From contig JBCBCO010000001.1 in assembly GCA_038630445.1 (NCBI GenBank), positions 1-54,922 of the forward strand: 54,922 nt of DNA. Direction: 5' to 3'. This DNA comes from Pseudomonadota bacterium. GTDB taxonomy: Bacteria; Pseudomonadota; Alphaproteobacteria; Caulobacterales; Hyphomonadaceae. This document shows, in pieces, positions 20,249 to 29,645 of this stretch. The notes below the pieces were generated by a model. It ran no database searches. It worked only from the letters and a program-made list of their open reading frames with translations, and had not been told where the DNA came from. The translations under genes and the position numbers were made by a program. Each line of letters starts with the position of its first letter. Positions within the stretch are counted from its first letter, which is position 1.

Positions 20249-21250
20249 ATGGCAAAGCTGAAAACGGGTGCAGGGTTGATTTCCGGCATGCTTTTGCTGG
20301 CCGCCTGTGAGACCTTGCCGTCAATTCCTGGCACCGCCACGACGACTGCAGGTCCGGCGCCATGTCCAGCCTACGCAACAGGCCAAGGCCCGCTGGAGAC
20401 GCCCTTCCCACGCGATTGCGCAGGCATGCAGGCCACCTCATCCGGCTTGAAATGGATTGAACTCACTGAAGGCGATGCGAGCCGCGGGACACCGGGACCG
20501 GACGCAACTGTCGTCGTGAGCTATGAAGGCTTCCTCGCCTCCAATGGTCAACTGATTGACAGCTCTTATCAGCGCGGTGAACCAGGCGTTTTCCAGATTG
20601 GTGATCTGCTCCAAGGTTGGGGCGAGGCCGTTCAGAAAATGTCGCCCGGCGATGAGTGGGTGATTTACCTGCCTTGGCCGATCGCTTATGGGGCAGAGCC
20701 TGTCGAGGATGTCATCCCTGCACAGTCGGACATCGTTTATCGCGTTCGTTTGGATGGCTTTCTGACACCAGAACAACTCGCCGCTGAAGCTGCTGCGAGA
20801 GCGCCTGCTGAACCGGCTCCACAAGCGCAAACGGTATCCGCCGGCCCCGACATGGACGCATGGGGCAGTGTCTTCCCTTATGATCCTGATGCAGATGGCT
20901 GGAACCGACTCGATAGCGGTGTGTCATACAAACGCATTGAGCGCGGCAACTCGACAATGCGTAATGCGCTGCGGTCTGATCAGGTTTTGATCCATTATGA
21001 GGGACGTTTGGCCTCTGATAGCACGTTCTTTGACAGCTCGTGGTCACGTGGCGAGCCGACACAATTCCCTGTTTCGGGCGTTATTCCCGGCTTCTCGGAA
21101 GTGCTGACCTATATGAAGCCCGGCGATAGCCTGATCGTCCATATTCCATCTGATCAGGCTTATGGAGAGAGTGGATCTGGAGAAGTCATCGGACCAAACG
21201 CTGATCTGATGTTCCAGATCGAAATGATCGAGATCTATCCGGCTGAATAG
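20249..21250 (+). CDS. Second lipoprotein with two FKBP-type PPIase domains
   Basis: Lipobox LAAC; YEGFL/IDSSY/LQGWGEA and HYEGRL/FDSSW/VIPGFSEV; GGAG SD before ATG 20249. Confidence 0.88.
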   Translation: MAKLKTGAGLISGMLLLAACETLPSIPGTATTTAGPAPCPAYATGQGPLETPFPRDCAGMQATSSGLKWIELTEGDASRGTPGPDATVVVSYEGFLASNGQLIDSSYQRGEPGVFQIGDLLQGWGEAVQKMSPGDEWVIYLPWPIAYGAEPVEDVIPAQSDIVYRVRLDGFLTPEQLAAEAAARAPAEPAPQAQTVSAGPDMDAWGSVFPYDPDADGWNRLDSGVSYKRIERGNSTMRNALRSDQVLIHYEGRLASDSTFFDSSWSRGEPTQFPVSGVIPGFSEVLTYMKPGDSLIVHIPSDQAYGESGSGEVIGPNADLMFQIEMIEIYPAE

Positions 21251-21293
21251 GGCAGTCGTCTTCGACGATCAGGTGCCAATGATAGAGTTTACC

Positions 21294-21318
21294 TTGACGC
21301 GGTGAACAAAGCAGGAAA
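21294..21318 (+). promoter_or_regulatory. ruvCAB promoter -35 (TTGACG) with LexA box
   Basis: TTGACG at 21294-21299; GAAC-aaagcag-GAAA at 21304-21318 is a 7/8 match to GAAC-N7-GAAC. Confidence 0.65.
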
Positions 21319-21359
21319 ACTGAAACCTGATCTTAACCTCGGCGGCGCAGACCGAACGC

Positions 21360-21866
21360 ATGACTGACAGTATTCGCATTCTCGGTATTGATCCCGGCCT
21401 CCGCCACACAGGATGGGGTGTCGTTGAGAAGACAGGATCGCGGCTTAGTCATGTGGCGCACGGCGTTATCAATGTTGATCCTGAATTGCCTATGGCAGAT
21501 CGGCTCGCAGGGATTTTCTACGAGGTTTCACGCATCGTGGAGACGTATAAGCCAGATTATAGCGGCTGCGAGGAGACGATCGTAAACGCCAATCCGCGCT
21601 CAGCCCTGAAACTTGGGCAGGCGAGAGGAGCAGCGATGACCGCGCTTTCTTATTGCGGCTTGGAAGTGGCCGAGTTCGCACCCCGTCAGATTAAACTTGC
21701 CGTTGTTGGGACGGGTAAAGCAGACAAGGAACAGGTCGGCTTTATGGTCGCTCGCCTGCTGCCCCGCGCTGGCAAAATGCGTGAGGATGCTGCTGACGCG
21801 CTCGCCTGCGCGATTTGTACCGCGCATAATCTGCCCATTCGCGGCTTGAAAGGAGAAGCCGCTTGA
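21360..21866 (+). CDS. ruvC: Holliday junction resolvase RuvC
   Basis: ILGIDPGL, LGQARG, DAADALA. Confidence 0.96.
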   Translation: MTDSIRILGIDPGLRHTGWGVVEKTGSRLSHVAHGVINVDPELPMADRLAGIFYEVSRIVETYKPDYSGCEETIVNANPRSALKLGQARGAAMTALSYCGLEVAEFAPRQIKLAVVGTGKADKEQVGFMVARLLPRAGKMREDAADALACAICTAHNLPIRGLKGEAA

Positions 21867-22483
21867 TTATCGGCCGTTTAAAAGGTGAGGTTGCAGCGAC
21901 TGGTGTCGATAATGTCATGATTGACGTAAACGGCGTTGGTTATGTCGCGCTCGCGGGTTCGCGTCTGCTGTCAAAACTCTCCGTTGGTCATGCTGCTGAG
22001 GTTTTCATCGAAACCCGCGTCACAGAAAACTCGATCACACTATTTGCCTTCGCCACCGACGAAGAACGCGCCTGGTTTGTACGCCTGCAGGACGTGCCGG
22101 GCGTTGCGGGTAAATCGGCTATGGCGCTCTGCGATGCGCTGTCCCCTGCTGAATTGATGGACGCGCTCGCCTTAGGCGATGCTGCTGCGATCACGCGGGC
22201 GAAGGGCGTGGGAAAAAAGCTGGCGGAGAGGATCGTCGGCGAACTTGCAGGAAAGCCACCTCCTATGGGAAGGTTTGGACGTTTCGCGGCGGACCCTGGC
22301 GCGAGCGTTCAAGCCGCAAGTGCAACAATCGGCGCGCGCGGTGAGGCTGTTTCCGCGCTCACAAATCTCGGTTACGGACAGAGCGAAGCCGCTCGTGCCG
22401 TCGCAACCGCCGCTAAATCAGGGGCAAGCGATGACGTCGGTGACCTGATCAAAGCCGCACTGAAAGAATTGGCGCCCTCATGA
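21863..22483 (+). CDS. ruvA: Holliday junction branch migration protein RuvA
   Basis: MIIGRLKG, DVNGVGY, two HhH motifs, [10 protein letters not shown]. Confidence 0.95.
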   Translation: MIIGRLKGEVAATGVDNVMIDVNGVGYVALAGSRLLSKLSVGHAAEVFIETRVTENSITLFAFATDEERAWFVRLQDVPGVAGKSAMALCDALSPAELMDALALGDAAAITRAKGVGKKLAERIVGELAGKPPPMGRFGRFAADPGASVQAASATIGARGEAVSALTNLGYGQSEAARAVATAAKSGASDDVGDLIKAALKELAPS

Positions 22484-23508
22484 GCAGAGACGGCATGATC
22501 TCTGACCCTGAAGCGCAAGCGGGCGAGGCGCTTGATCGCGCCTTGCGACCTCAAAGTTTCGATGATTATGTCGGCCAAGACGCGATCAAGGATAATCTCC
22601 GTGTCTATGTTGATGCTGCGCGACGGCGTGGCGAAGCGCTCGACCATACGCTGCTGTTCGGCCCCCCCGGTTTGGGTAAGACGACACTGGCGCAAATTCT
22701 GGCCAAGGAATTGGGCGTCGGTTTCCGCGCCACGTCCGGCCCTGTCATTGCAAAGGCCGGGGACTTGGTCGCGATCCTGACAAATCTGGAAGAGAACGAC
22801 GTCCTGTTCATTGATGAAATCCACCGCATGCCCGCAGTCGTTGAGGAAGTTCTCTACCCGGCGATGGAAGATTATGCGGTCGATATCGTGATCGGCGAAG
22901 GGCCTGCGGCGCGCTCTGTCAGGCTCGACCTCGCGCCGTTTACATTGGTTGGTGCAACAACACGGGCCGGGCTGTTGGCGACGCCTTTGCGCGATCGTTT
23001 TGGCATTCCCCTGCGCCTTGAGTTTTACACGCCTGAAACGCTCTCAACCATTGTGATGGCCGCCGCGCGAAAGCTGCAGGTCGGCATTGAGCAAGACGGT
23101 GCAGTCGAAATCGCTCGTCGGGCCCGGGGAACGCCTCGCATTGCACTGCGCCTTTTGCGCCGGGTGAGGGATTTCGCTGAAGCCGAAGGATCAGTGATTA
23201 ATAGGGGGGCTGCCCAACGTGCTCTTAAACGGCTGTCCATCGATAAAGACGGCCTCGACATGCTCGACCGGAAATATCTCGACGCGCTTGTGAAGACCTA
23301 TGCAGGTGGCCCTGTGGGCGCCGATACGCTCGCGGCGGCCCTGTCGGAAAGCCGTGACGCGGTTGAGGATGTGATAGAGCCTTACCTCATGCAAAAGGGC
23401 TATGTCGCCCGCACGCCTCGCGGTCGTGTGGCTGCGCCTTTGGCCTATGAGCGTTTAGGTCTGCCTGTGCCTGGCGGCGTTCAAAACGGCCTGTTCGGCG
23501 AAGACTAA
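22480..23508 (+). CDS. ruvB: Holliday junction DNA helicase RuvB
   Basis: [28 protein letters not shown]. Confidence 0.97.
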   Translation: MSRDGMISDPEAQAGEALDRALRPQSFDDYVGQDAIKDNLRVYVDAARRRGEALDHTLLFGPPGLGKTTLAQILAKELGVGFRATSGPVIAKAGDLVAILTNLEENDVLFIDEIHRMPAVVEEVLYPAMEDYAVDIVIGEGPAARSVRLDLAPFTLVGATTRAGLLATPLRDRFGIPLRLEFYTPETLSTIVMAAARKLQVGIEQDGAVEIARRARGTPRIALRLLRRVRDFAEAEGSVINRGAAQRALKRLSIDKDGLDMLDRKYLDALVKTYAGGPVGADTLAAALSESRDAVEDVIEPYLMQKGYVARTPRGRVAAPLAYERLGLPVPGGVQNGLFGED

Positions 23509-23513
23509 TCGAC

Positions 23514-23543
23514 AAAAGAAAACGCGGCCCCGAAAGACCGCGT
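23514..23543 (-). terminator. Intrinsic terminator of the acyl-CoA dehydrogenase gene (possibly bidirectional)
   Basis: Minus strand ACGCGGTC-TTTCGG-GGCCGCGT followed by TTTCTTTT. Confidence 0.7.
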
Positions 23544-23569
23544 CTCAAACGACTCAATTCGAAAAGCGC

Positions 23570-24874
23570 TTATTTGCGCCAGACCGCAGCCATAGCCGGA
23601 TCTTCTTCTTCGCCAGAATATTTGCGTGTTTCAGCACGGCCAACGACCATGTGGTGCACTTCATCAGGTCCATCCGCGAGACGAAGCGTACGCTGGTTGG
23701 CATACATGCGCGATAGCGGCGTCCACTGGGACACACCAGCCGCTCCATGCATTTGGATCGCTTGATCGATGATTTTGCAGACGCGTTCTGGCACCATCGC
23801 CTTGACCATCGAAATCCAGACGCGGGCCTCCTTATTGCCGAGCACATCCATCGCTTTTGCGGCCTTCAAGACCATCATACGCATAGATTCAATCTCGATA
23901 CGTGCCCGTGACACGATCTCAATGTTGCCGCCCAGCTTGACCAGGTCGCGACCGAAGGCCTGACGCGTCATGCCTCGTACAACCATCATTTCCAGCGCGT
24001 TCTCTGCCGCACCGATAGAGCGCATGCAGTGGTGGATGCGGCCGGGGCCAAGGCGAAGCTGAGAAATCTCAAAGCCACGGCCTTCGCCGAGCAGCATATT
24101 CTCTTTCGGCACGCGAACATTGTCGAAGACGATGTGCATGTGGCCATGCGGCGCGTCATAGTCACCAAAGACCTGCATCCCGTCGAGGATTTTCACGCCG
24201 GGCGTATCCGTTGGAACCAGAATCTGTGATTGCTGCTTGTTTGGATCCGCATCAGGGCTGGTTTTCACCATCACGATCATGATTTTGCAGCGAGGGTCAC
24301 CGGCGCCTGAAATGTAGAATTTCTCGCCATTAATGACCCACTCGTCGCCCTCAAGAACAGCGCTTGTAGAGACGTTCTTTGCATCAGAGGACGGAATGCC
24401 CGGTTCTGTCATCGCGAAGGCCGAGCGAATTTTGCCTTCAAGAAGCGGCTTCAGCCATGTCTCTTTCTGCTCCGGCGTGCCGACGCGTTCCAAGACTTCC
24501 ATGTTGCCTGTGTCCGGTGCGGCACAGTTCATCATTTCAGACGCGAGCGGGCACTTGCCGAGTTCGGCTGCGATATAGGCGTAATCCAGATTGCTCAGGC
24601 CTTCACCAGTGTCCGCATCCGGTAGGAAGAAGTTCCAAAGGCCCTGCTTGCGGGCAGCGTCCTTGCCTTTTTCCAACGCTTCGAGCTGGCCGGGTGCGTA
24701 CGACCAGATGTCGGTTTTGCCCTTACCAGCCTCAACATATTCCTCGTAAAGCGGAATGGCTGTGTTCTCGACAAAGGCTTTGACCTGATCATAAAGAGGC
24801 CGTGCCTCCTCTGACATGCGCAGGTCGAACATGTCATCATTCATCTCGCCAGCGTTAGGAGCGGTGTAAGGCAT
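23570..24874 (-). CDS. Acyl-CoA dehydrogenase
   Basis: GLWNFFLP, NCAAPDTGNMEVL, FAMTEP, RLGPGRIHHCMR, RLADGPDEVH. Confidence 0.92.
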   Translation of the reverse strand: MPYTAPNAGEMNDDMFDLRMSEEARPLYDQVKAFVENTAIPLYEEYVEAGKGKTDIWSYAPGQLEALEKGKDAARKQGLWNFFLPDADTGEGLSNLDYAYIAAELGKCPLASEMMNCAAPDTGNMEVLERVGTPEQKETWLKPLLEGKIRSAFAMTEPGIPSSDAKNVSTSAVLEGDEWVINGEKFYISGAGDPRCKIMIVMVKTSPDADPNKQQSQILVPTDTPGVKILDGMQVFGDYDAPHGHMHIVFDNVRVPKENMLLGEGRGFEISQLRLGPGRIHHCMRSIGAAENALEMMVVRGMTRQAFGRDLVKLGGNIEIVSRARIEIESMRMMVLKAAKAMDVLGNKEARVWISMVKAMVPERVCKIIDQAIQMHGAAGVSQWTPLSRMYANQRTLRLADGPDEVHHMVVGRAETRKYSGEEEDPAMAAVWRK

Positions 24875-24898
24875 TAAGTCTCTCCAGAAGTGATTTTA

Positions 24899-24942
24899 GT
24901 TTCCGTTGACGTAAACTTAGCTGCAGAAATCTGAGATGTAAA
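24899..24942 (-). promoter_or_regulatory. Promoter with LiuR-like operator upstream of the acyl-CoA dehydrogenase
   Basis: GTTTCCGTTGACGTAAAC (24899-24916) matches sTTTACGTwwACGTAAAs at 16/18; it overlaps the -10 of a minus-strand TTTACA-17-TAAGTT promoter. Confidence 0.65.
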
Positions 24943-25056
24943 ACCTTATCGCGGCGGAAGGCGCGACCTGTCGTCCGGTTCTAAGACTGAGCCTACATTT
25001 TTTGCAGGCTTTCGCAGCACTTTGCTTCGACGCCGACTCCCGCTTAACGGCTTGGC

Positions 25057-25815
25057 ATGTCTTTAGTGTCCGCCATCATAATTCTTGCGACGACGCTGGT
25101 CACATCCTTCATCTCCGGCATTTTCGGGATGGCGGGCGGGATTATCCTGATGGCGGTGCTGGCGGGATTGGTCAGTGTCGCCATGGCGATGATTATCCAT
25201 GGCGGCATCCAACTCTTTGCAAACGGATATCGCGCTTATCTCTTGCGCGACGATATCGATTGGCGGGTGTTTGGAATTTACTGCATTGGCGCAGCGATCG
25301 GTGTCGCCGCGCTTGCCGGATTTGTGGCTTTGGTGAATTGGCGCCCGGACAAGCGGACCCTGTATCTCTTGCTCGGACTAACGCCGATGCTGATCTGGCT
25401 ACCGAAAGAGCGGTTCAATCTCGACATTCAGCGCCGCGGTGATGCGCTGGCAGCCGGAGCATTGGTGCAGGGATTGAACACACTGGCAGGCGTTGCCGGG
25501 CCTTTATTGGACCTGTTCTTCGTGCGCACAGACATGACGCGCCAGCAAATCGTAGCTACAAAAGCGGTCACGCAGGCGCTGAGCCATGCGATCAAAATCG
25601 GCTTCTGGACTGTACCTGTGGTCACGGCCACCGGATGGAGCGCTATGCCGCCACTTTGGCTGTTTGCGGCCGCCATCCCGCTCTCCATGCTCGGCACGCG
25701 GTTGGGCAAGAGCGTTTTGGAACGCATGACAGATGTGAACTTCCGTCACTGGATGAAAGGCCTCGTCACTGCGATCGGGTTTGTCCTGCTGCTACGTGCG
25801 GCAGGATTGTACTAG
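25057..25815 (+). CDS. TauE/SafE (TSUP) family membrane transporter
   Basis: SGIFGMAGG, GVAGP and about 8 hydrophobic segments. Confidence 0.85.
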   Translation: MSLVSAIIILATTLVTSFISGIFGMAGGIILMAVLAGLVSVAMAMIIHGGIQLFANGYRAYLLRDDIDWRVFGIYCIGAAIGVAALAGFVALVNWRPDKRTLYLLLGLTPMLIWLPKERFNLDIQRRGDALAAGALVQGLNTLAGVAGPLLDLFFVRTDMTRQQIVATKAVTQALSHAIKIGFWTVPVVTATGWSAMPPLWLFAAAIPLSMLGTRLGKSVLERMTDVNFRHWMKGLVTAIGFVLLLRAAGLY

Positions 25816-26186
25816 CGGTGGATGGCGCAGAGCTTGTTGCCATCCGGGTCGCGTAGATAAGCCAGATACATCTTGCCAGCAGGCTGTTCGCGCCAGCCCG
25901 GTGGGTCTTCAATCGTCACACCGCCAGCCTTTAATCCGGCAGCATGCCAGGCATCCGCCATTTCAGGCGTGTCCATGGTGAACCCGATCGTTCCGCCATT
26001 CGCGAATGTTGCACTCTCCCCATCAATCGGGATGGACACCATAAAGATCCCGCCATTGTGGAGATAGATCAGTCGACCCTTCGGATCCACGATCCCCGGC
26101 TGACCGCCAATGGCCGCAAAGGTCGCGTCGTAAAACGTCTTCGCTTTGTCGATATCATTTGAGCCAACCATGATGTGGTGAAACAT
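25812..26186 (-). CDS. VOC/glyoxalase family protein
   Basis: HIMVGSND...FYD, ANGGTIGF, YLRDPDGNK. Confidence 0.9.
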   Translation of the reverse strand: MFHHIMVGSNDIDKAKTFYDATFAAIGGQPGIVDPKGRLIYLHNGGIFMVSIPIDGESATFANGGTIGFTMDTPEMADAWHAAGLKAGGVTIEDPPGWREQPAGKMYLAYLRDPDGNKLCAIHR

Positions 26187-26210
26187 GATGAAAGCCTTCC
26201 TGTGATAGAG

Positions 26211-26885
26211 TTATGCCGGAAGCGACGCCGCGATATTGGCGAGCGTTTCTTCGCGTAGAAGATGCTTGTTCCCGGTTAGCGGTGTGCCGCTGAGTGGTTT
26301 GACGGCTTCCGCTTGCGCCATGGCTGTCGCATGCAGTTTGTCCGCCTCAACGACCTTATCGAGATACCCCGCTTTCACGGCTGTTTCCGGATCGAACAGT
26401 TCTCCAAACACCATTGACCGCGTTTTATAATCGTCGGCCACGCGCGCCTTTACCAATTCCGACGCAAAGATTGGCAGCACCATATTAATCTGGGTTTCGT
26501 TCGCGCCGATTTTGAAGGCCCCTGCCGTACCGATCCGCACATCGCAGGAGAGCAAGATAAAGCATCCCATTGCCACGCCGTGACCGTTACAGGCGGCAAT
26601 CACTGGCATCGGAAAGCTGTAAAGACGGTGTGCGAGCTTGCCGCCGCCATCGACGAGGGCTTTGACCTGATCGCCCGGCAGACTCATCATCAGTTTCAGG
26701 TCGAACCCACCTGAGAACCGTCCTTCGCGACCTGTAATGATCAGGACCTTTGCCTCCTTTTCAGCTTGGTCCAGGCAGGCATGTAAGGCCTCCAACATGG
26801 GCGGGTTGATCGCATTCGCCTTGCCGTCATCCATGGTTAGGATAGCAATTTCATTCTCAATTTTGATCGTCGCCGGGGCAGTCAT
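26211..26885 (-). CDS. Crotonase/enoyl-CoA hydratase family protein
   Basis: MDDGKANA, FSGGFDL, ACNGHGVAMG, GANE. Confidence 0.88.
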   Translation of the reverse strand: MTAPATIKIENEIAILTMDDGKANAINPPMLEALHACLDQAEKEAKVLIITGREGRFSGGFDLKLMMSLPGDQVKALVDGGGKLAHRLYSFPMPVIAACNGHGVAMGCFILLSCDVRIGTAGAFKIGANETQINMVLPIFASELVKARVADDYKTRSMVFGELFDPETAVKAGYLDKVVEADKLHATAMAQAEAVKPLSGTPLTGNKHLLREETLANIAASLPA

Positions 26886-26967
26886 GATCTTTCTCCCAAA
26901 TTATTATTGTCGCTTGTTAGCGCGGCTTTCCGTAGGAGAAGCAAGGGGCAGTATGCCGAGGCTCAGC

Positions 26968-27645
26968 TCACTCCGCGTTACTCGACTGCCACCGCGCATA
27001 AAAGCCGAGCGCGCTTCCCGTCAGCTGACCCAGTGCTTTTATTTCGCCATCGTTGCCAACGCGCAAAACAGCGATTTCGCCCTCTGTGACGGACAAGCCG
27101 GTCACACGACGAATTGTGCCGCCATGCCCAACAAGAACGATATTTGTGTCGGTCAACCCAGTACCCACTTCGTTCACGACGGCAGTCGCTTCTGCAACAG
27201 CAGCGTTCATATTTCGAGCGCTATCTTCGCTCGGATCATGGTGCATCAGACGCGTATCGACCTCATAATCCACACCAAACATATAGCGCGCTGTTTCAGC
27301 CGCTCGGCACATCGGGCTGGCGATAATCTGCTCAATCGGAACGCCAACCTCACGGATGACCGCGCCTGTTTCGTACGCCGCGGCGATCCCTGAAACAGAC
27401 AAATTGCGCTGGGCACGGCAATCATTTGGGGGGCGTGTGTAATCGTCGGAACGCGAGGGGACTTCTGTACGCTCGTGTCGGATGTAGAGGACGTGCCCGC
27501 CTTCCTTGATCGTATCAATAAGTTCCCACGTGCTCATTGGTTTTTCAGGTGTTTCCTGAGCCATGCTGACGAATCCACTGACACAAATGAGGGCAGCTAG
27601 GCACAACTGAAGAGCGCGAACCGTGGTGAGAATAAGTCTTTGCAT
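26968..27645 (-). CDS. Exported histidine phosphatase superfamily protein
   Basis: N-terminal hydrophobic signal, YIRHE (RHG variant), QRNLS, SPMCRAAETA, LVGH. Confidence 0.75.
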   Translation of the reverse strand: MQRLILTTVRALQLCLAALICVSGFVSMAQETPEKPMSTWELIDTIKEGGHVLYIRHERTEVPSRSDDYTRPPNDCRAQRNLSVSGIAAAYETGAVIREVGVPIEQIIASPMCRAAETARYMFGVDYEVDTRLMHHDPSEDSARNMNAAVAEATAVVNEVGTGLTDTNIVLVGHGGTIRRVTGLSVTEGEIAVLRVGNDGEIKALGQLTGSALGFYARWQSSNAE

Positions 27646-27733
27646 GGGTCCATCCTTTGATCTGTCAGATAGGATCGACCATAGGTGCGTTGAGAAGTCC
27701 AGTTAAAGTCGATTGAGGGACGAGCCGACCGAT

Positions 27734-28198
27734 CTATCGCTTTCGCCGGCTCTTAAAAAAGTCACGCAGAAGCGTAGCCGCCTCACCTGCATGGGCGTGG
27801 TCTTGCTCCACGTCAGGGCGCCAGTGACATGTCGGCTGATCAAAGAATTTCGGGCCATGGATGATCGCGCCGCCTTTTGGATCATCGGCGGCGAAAATGA
27901 CTTTTCCGATGCGTGCGAAACTGATCGCGCCAGCACACATGACGCAGGGCTCCAGTGTCACGTAAAGGTGCAGACCGGTCAGGCGATAATTACCGAGCGT
28001 CTTTGCCACAGCGCGCATCGCTACAATCTCAGCATGGGCTGTTGGATCATGATCGGCGATGGGCGTGTTACGGCCTTCGCCGATCATGGTGTTGCTTTCA
28101 GGATCAACAATGACTGCGCCAACGGGGACTTCGCCAAGCTCAGCGGCTTCACGGGCGAGGTCCAAGGCACGAGACATATGTTTAGCCGTGTCGGTCAT
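27734..28198 (-). CDS. tadA: tRNA adenosine(34) deaminase
   Basis: GEVPVGA, DPTAHAE, TLEPCVMC, DPKGG. Confidence 0.92.
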   Translation of the reverse strand: MTDTAKHMSRALDLAREAAELGEVPVGAVIVDPESNTMIGEGRNTPIADHDPTAHAEIVAMRAVAKTLGNYRLTGLHLYVTLEPCVMCAGAISFARIGKVIFAADDPKGGAIIHGPKFFDQPTCHWRPDVEQDHAHAGEAATLLRDFFKSRRKR

Positions 28199-28236
28199 AT
28201 CTTCCCCATCGCGCCACAGCGGCCTAAAGGCAAGCC

Positions 28237-28797
28237 ATGCGCATCGTAGCAGGACAGTTTAAGGGTAGACCCATCGCGGCGCCGAAGACGGATGCGACGC
28301 GTCCGACGAGTGATCGTGCGCGCGAAAGCCTGTTCAATATGCTGGCGCATTCAGACTATGCACCTGCTTTCGAAGGTGCACGTGTGATTGACCTGTTTGC
28401 AGGCTCAGGCGCGCTAGGGCTGGAAGCGATCTCGCGTGGTGCTGCCTTCTGCCTCTTCGTTGAGACAGCGCATACCGCGCGCGGTGCCATCCGCGATAAT
28501 GTTGATGCGCTCGGCCTGATCGGTGTCACGCGTGTGCATCGGCGCAGCGCAACGGATCTCGGCCTGCGCCCGGCTGGCCTCGGAGCGCCGTTTGATCTGG
28601 CTTTTATGGACCCGCCTTATCGCAAAGGCCTGATCGAGCCATGCTTGAAGACTTTGCGTGACGGCGAGTGGCTATCAGATCATGCCTTGATCGTTGTTGA
28701 AACAGCGGTTGATGAAATCCCGGACCTAACAGGTTGGACGACCCTGAATTCACGTGAGATGGGCGCTGCAAAAATGTGGTTTTTGAAGCAGGCATAG
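28237..28797 (+). CDS. rsmD: 16S rRNA m2G966 methyltransferase
   Basis: MRIVAG, RPTSDRARESLFN, DLFAGSGALG, DPPY. Confidence 0.94.
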   Translation: MRIVAGQFKGRPIAAPKTDATRPTSDRARESLFNMLAHSDYAPAFEGARVIDLFAGSGALGLEAISRGAAFCLFVETAHTARGAIRDNVDALGLIGVTRVHRRSATDLGLRPAGLGAPFDLAFMDPPYRKGLIEPCLKTLRDGEWLSDHALIVVETAVDEIPDLTGWTTLNSREMGAAKMWFLKQA

Positions 28798-28824
28798 AAA
28801 AAGCCCGACCATGCGGCCGGGCTT
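28797..28824 (-). terminator. Intrinsic terminator of the proteorhodopsin gene
   Basis: Minus strand GCCCGGCC-GCAT-GGTCGGGC followed by TTTTT; lies between convergent rsmD and the rhodopsin gene. Confidence 0.75.
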
Positions 28825-28847
28825 CTCCAAAATGATGAGCGTTTGAG

Positions 28848-29579
28848 TTACGCTTTTTCGCTTGCGTTGCTGGCTGTTGCAGCCGCCCAGATGACGACAC
28901 CGAACGCAATCTTGTTCACGAAGTCAGCGAGGTTGTAGATCAGGTTTAAGAGGCCTGCATCTGCTGCACCTGTATAGCCGACGACGTAACCGATTGGGTA
29001 AATTGCCCAGCCGATTGTCACGATAAGACGCAGCGCATTAAACGCTTTCTTGGACGCGACCGTGCCTTCGCTCGCATTGATCTTACTCGCTTCACCCGCG
29101 AAGATTTCGTAGATGATGTAGACCCATGCTAGCGTACCGATGATAAACATTGGCCATAGCAGTCCACCTTGCTCGACTTCGCCAAGGTAACCGGCGATCA
29201 ACATGACAAGCGATGCGATGAGGAGCTTCCAGAACAGCGCTGCACGAACGACGGCGATGGCAGCTAGGATCAGGTAGAACTCGACGATTTGCAGTGGCAC
29301 TGTCAGGAGCCAGTCTACATAACGGAAGACTGTTGGGCTCTCGCCTGTGTCTGCCCAGACGCCGCGCATGTAGAAATAGTGCAGGGCGGCAATACCGGTG
29401 ACCATTGCAGCAACGGTCAGTGATGTTTTCCATTTTCCTTCGGCGCGATCACGCTCCACCCAGAAAAAGAAGGTCGCAGCCAGCATCGCTGCGCTGATGA
29501 TCCAGAATGACACGCCGACATAATCTGATGGGTCCAGACCGCCGGATGCTCCTGTTGCTGACAAAATGATTGATTCCAT
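28848..29579 (-). CDS. Proteorhodopsin (light-driven proton pump, DTE motif, Gln at the spectral-tuning site)
   Basis: Seven TM helices; ALHY (H75 equivalent), RYVDWLLTVPLQIVEF (R94/D97/T101/Q105/E108), GWAIYP, YNLADFVNKIAFG (D227, retinal-binding K231); AGGAGA SD. Confidence 0.96.
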   Translation of the reverse strand: MESIILSATGASGGLDPSDYVGVSFWIISAAMLAATFFFWVERDRAEGKWKTSLTVAAMVTGIAALHYFYMRGVWADTGESPTVFRYVDWLLTVPLQIVEFYLILAAIAVVRAALFWKLLIASLVMLIAGYLGEVEQGGLLWPMFIIGTLAWVYIIYEIFAGEASKINASEGTVASKKAFNALRLIVTIGWAIYPIGYVVGYTGAADAGLLNLIYNLADFVNKIAFGVVIWAAATASNASEKA

Positions 29580-29619
29580 TATGCTTTCTCCTAGCCCACG
29601 GGGAATTCCGTATAGTGAC

Positions 29620-29645
29620 TACGCGCGATAATATGTCACGGATGT
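29620..29645 (-). promoter_or_regulatory. Putative ECF sigma-E (RpoE/ChrR-type) promoter of the proteorhodopsin gene
   Basis: Minus strand ACATCC-N15-GCGTA, compared with the recalled alphaproteobacterial RpoE consensus TGATCC-N15-GCGTA. Confidence 0.5.
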
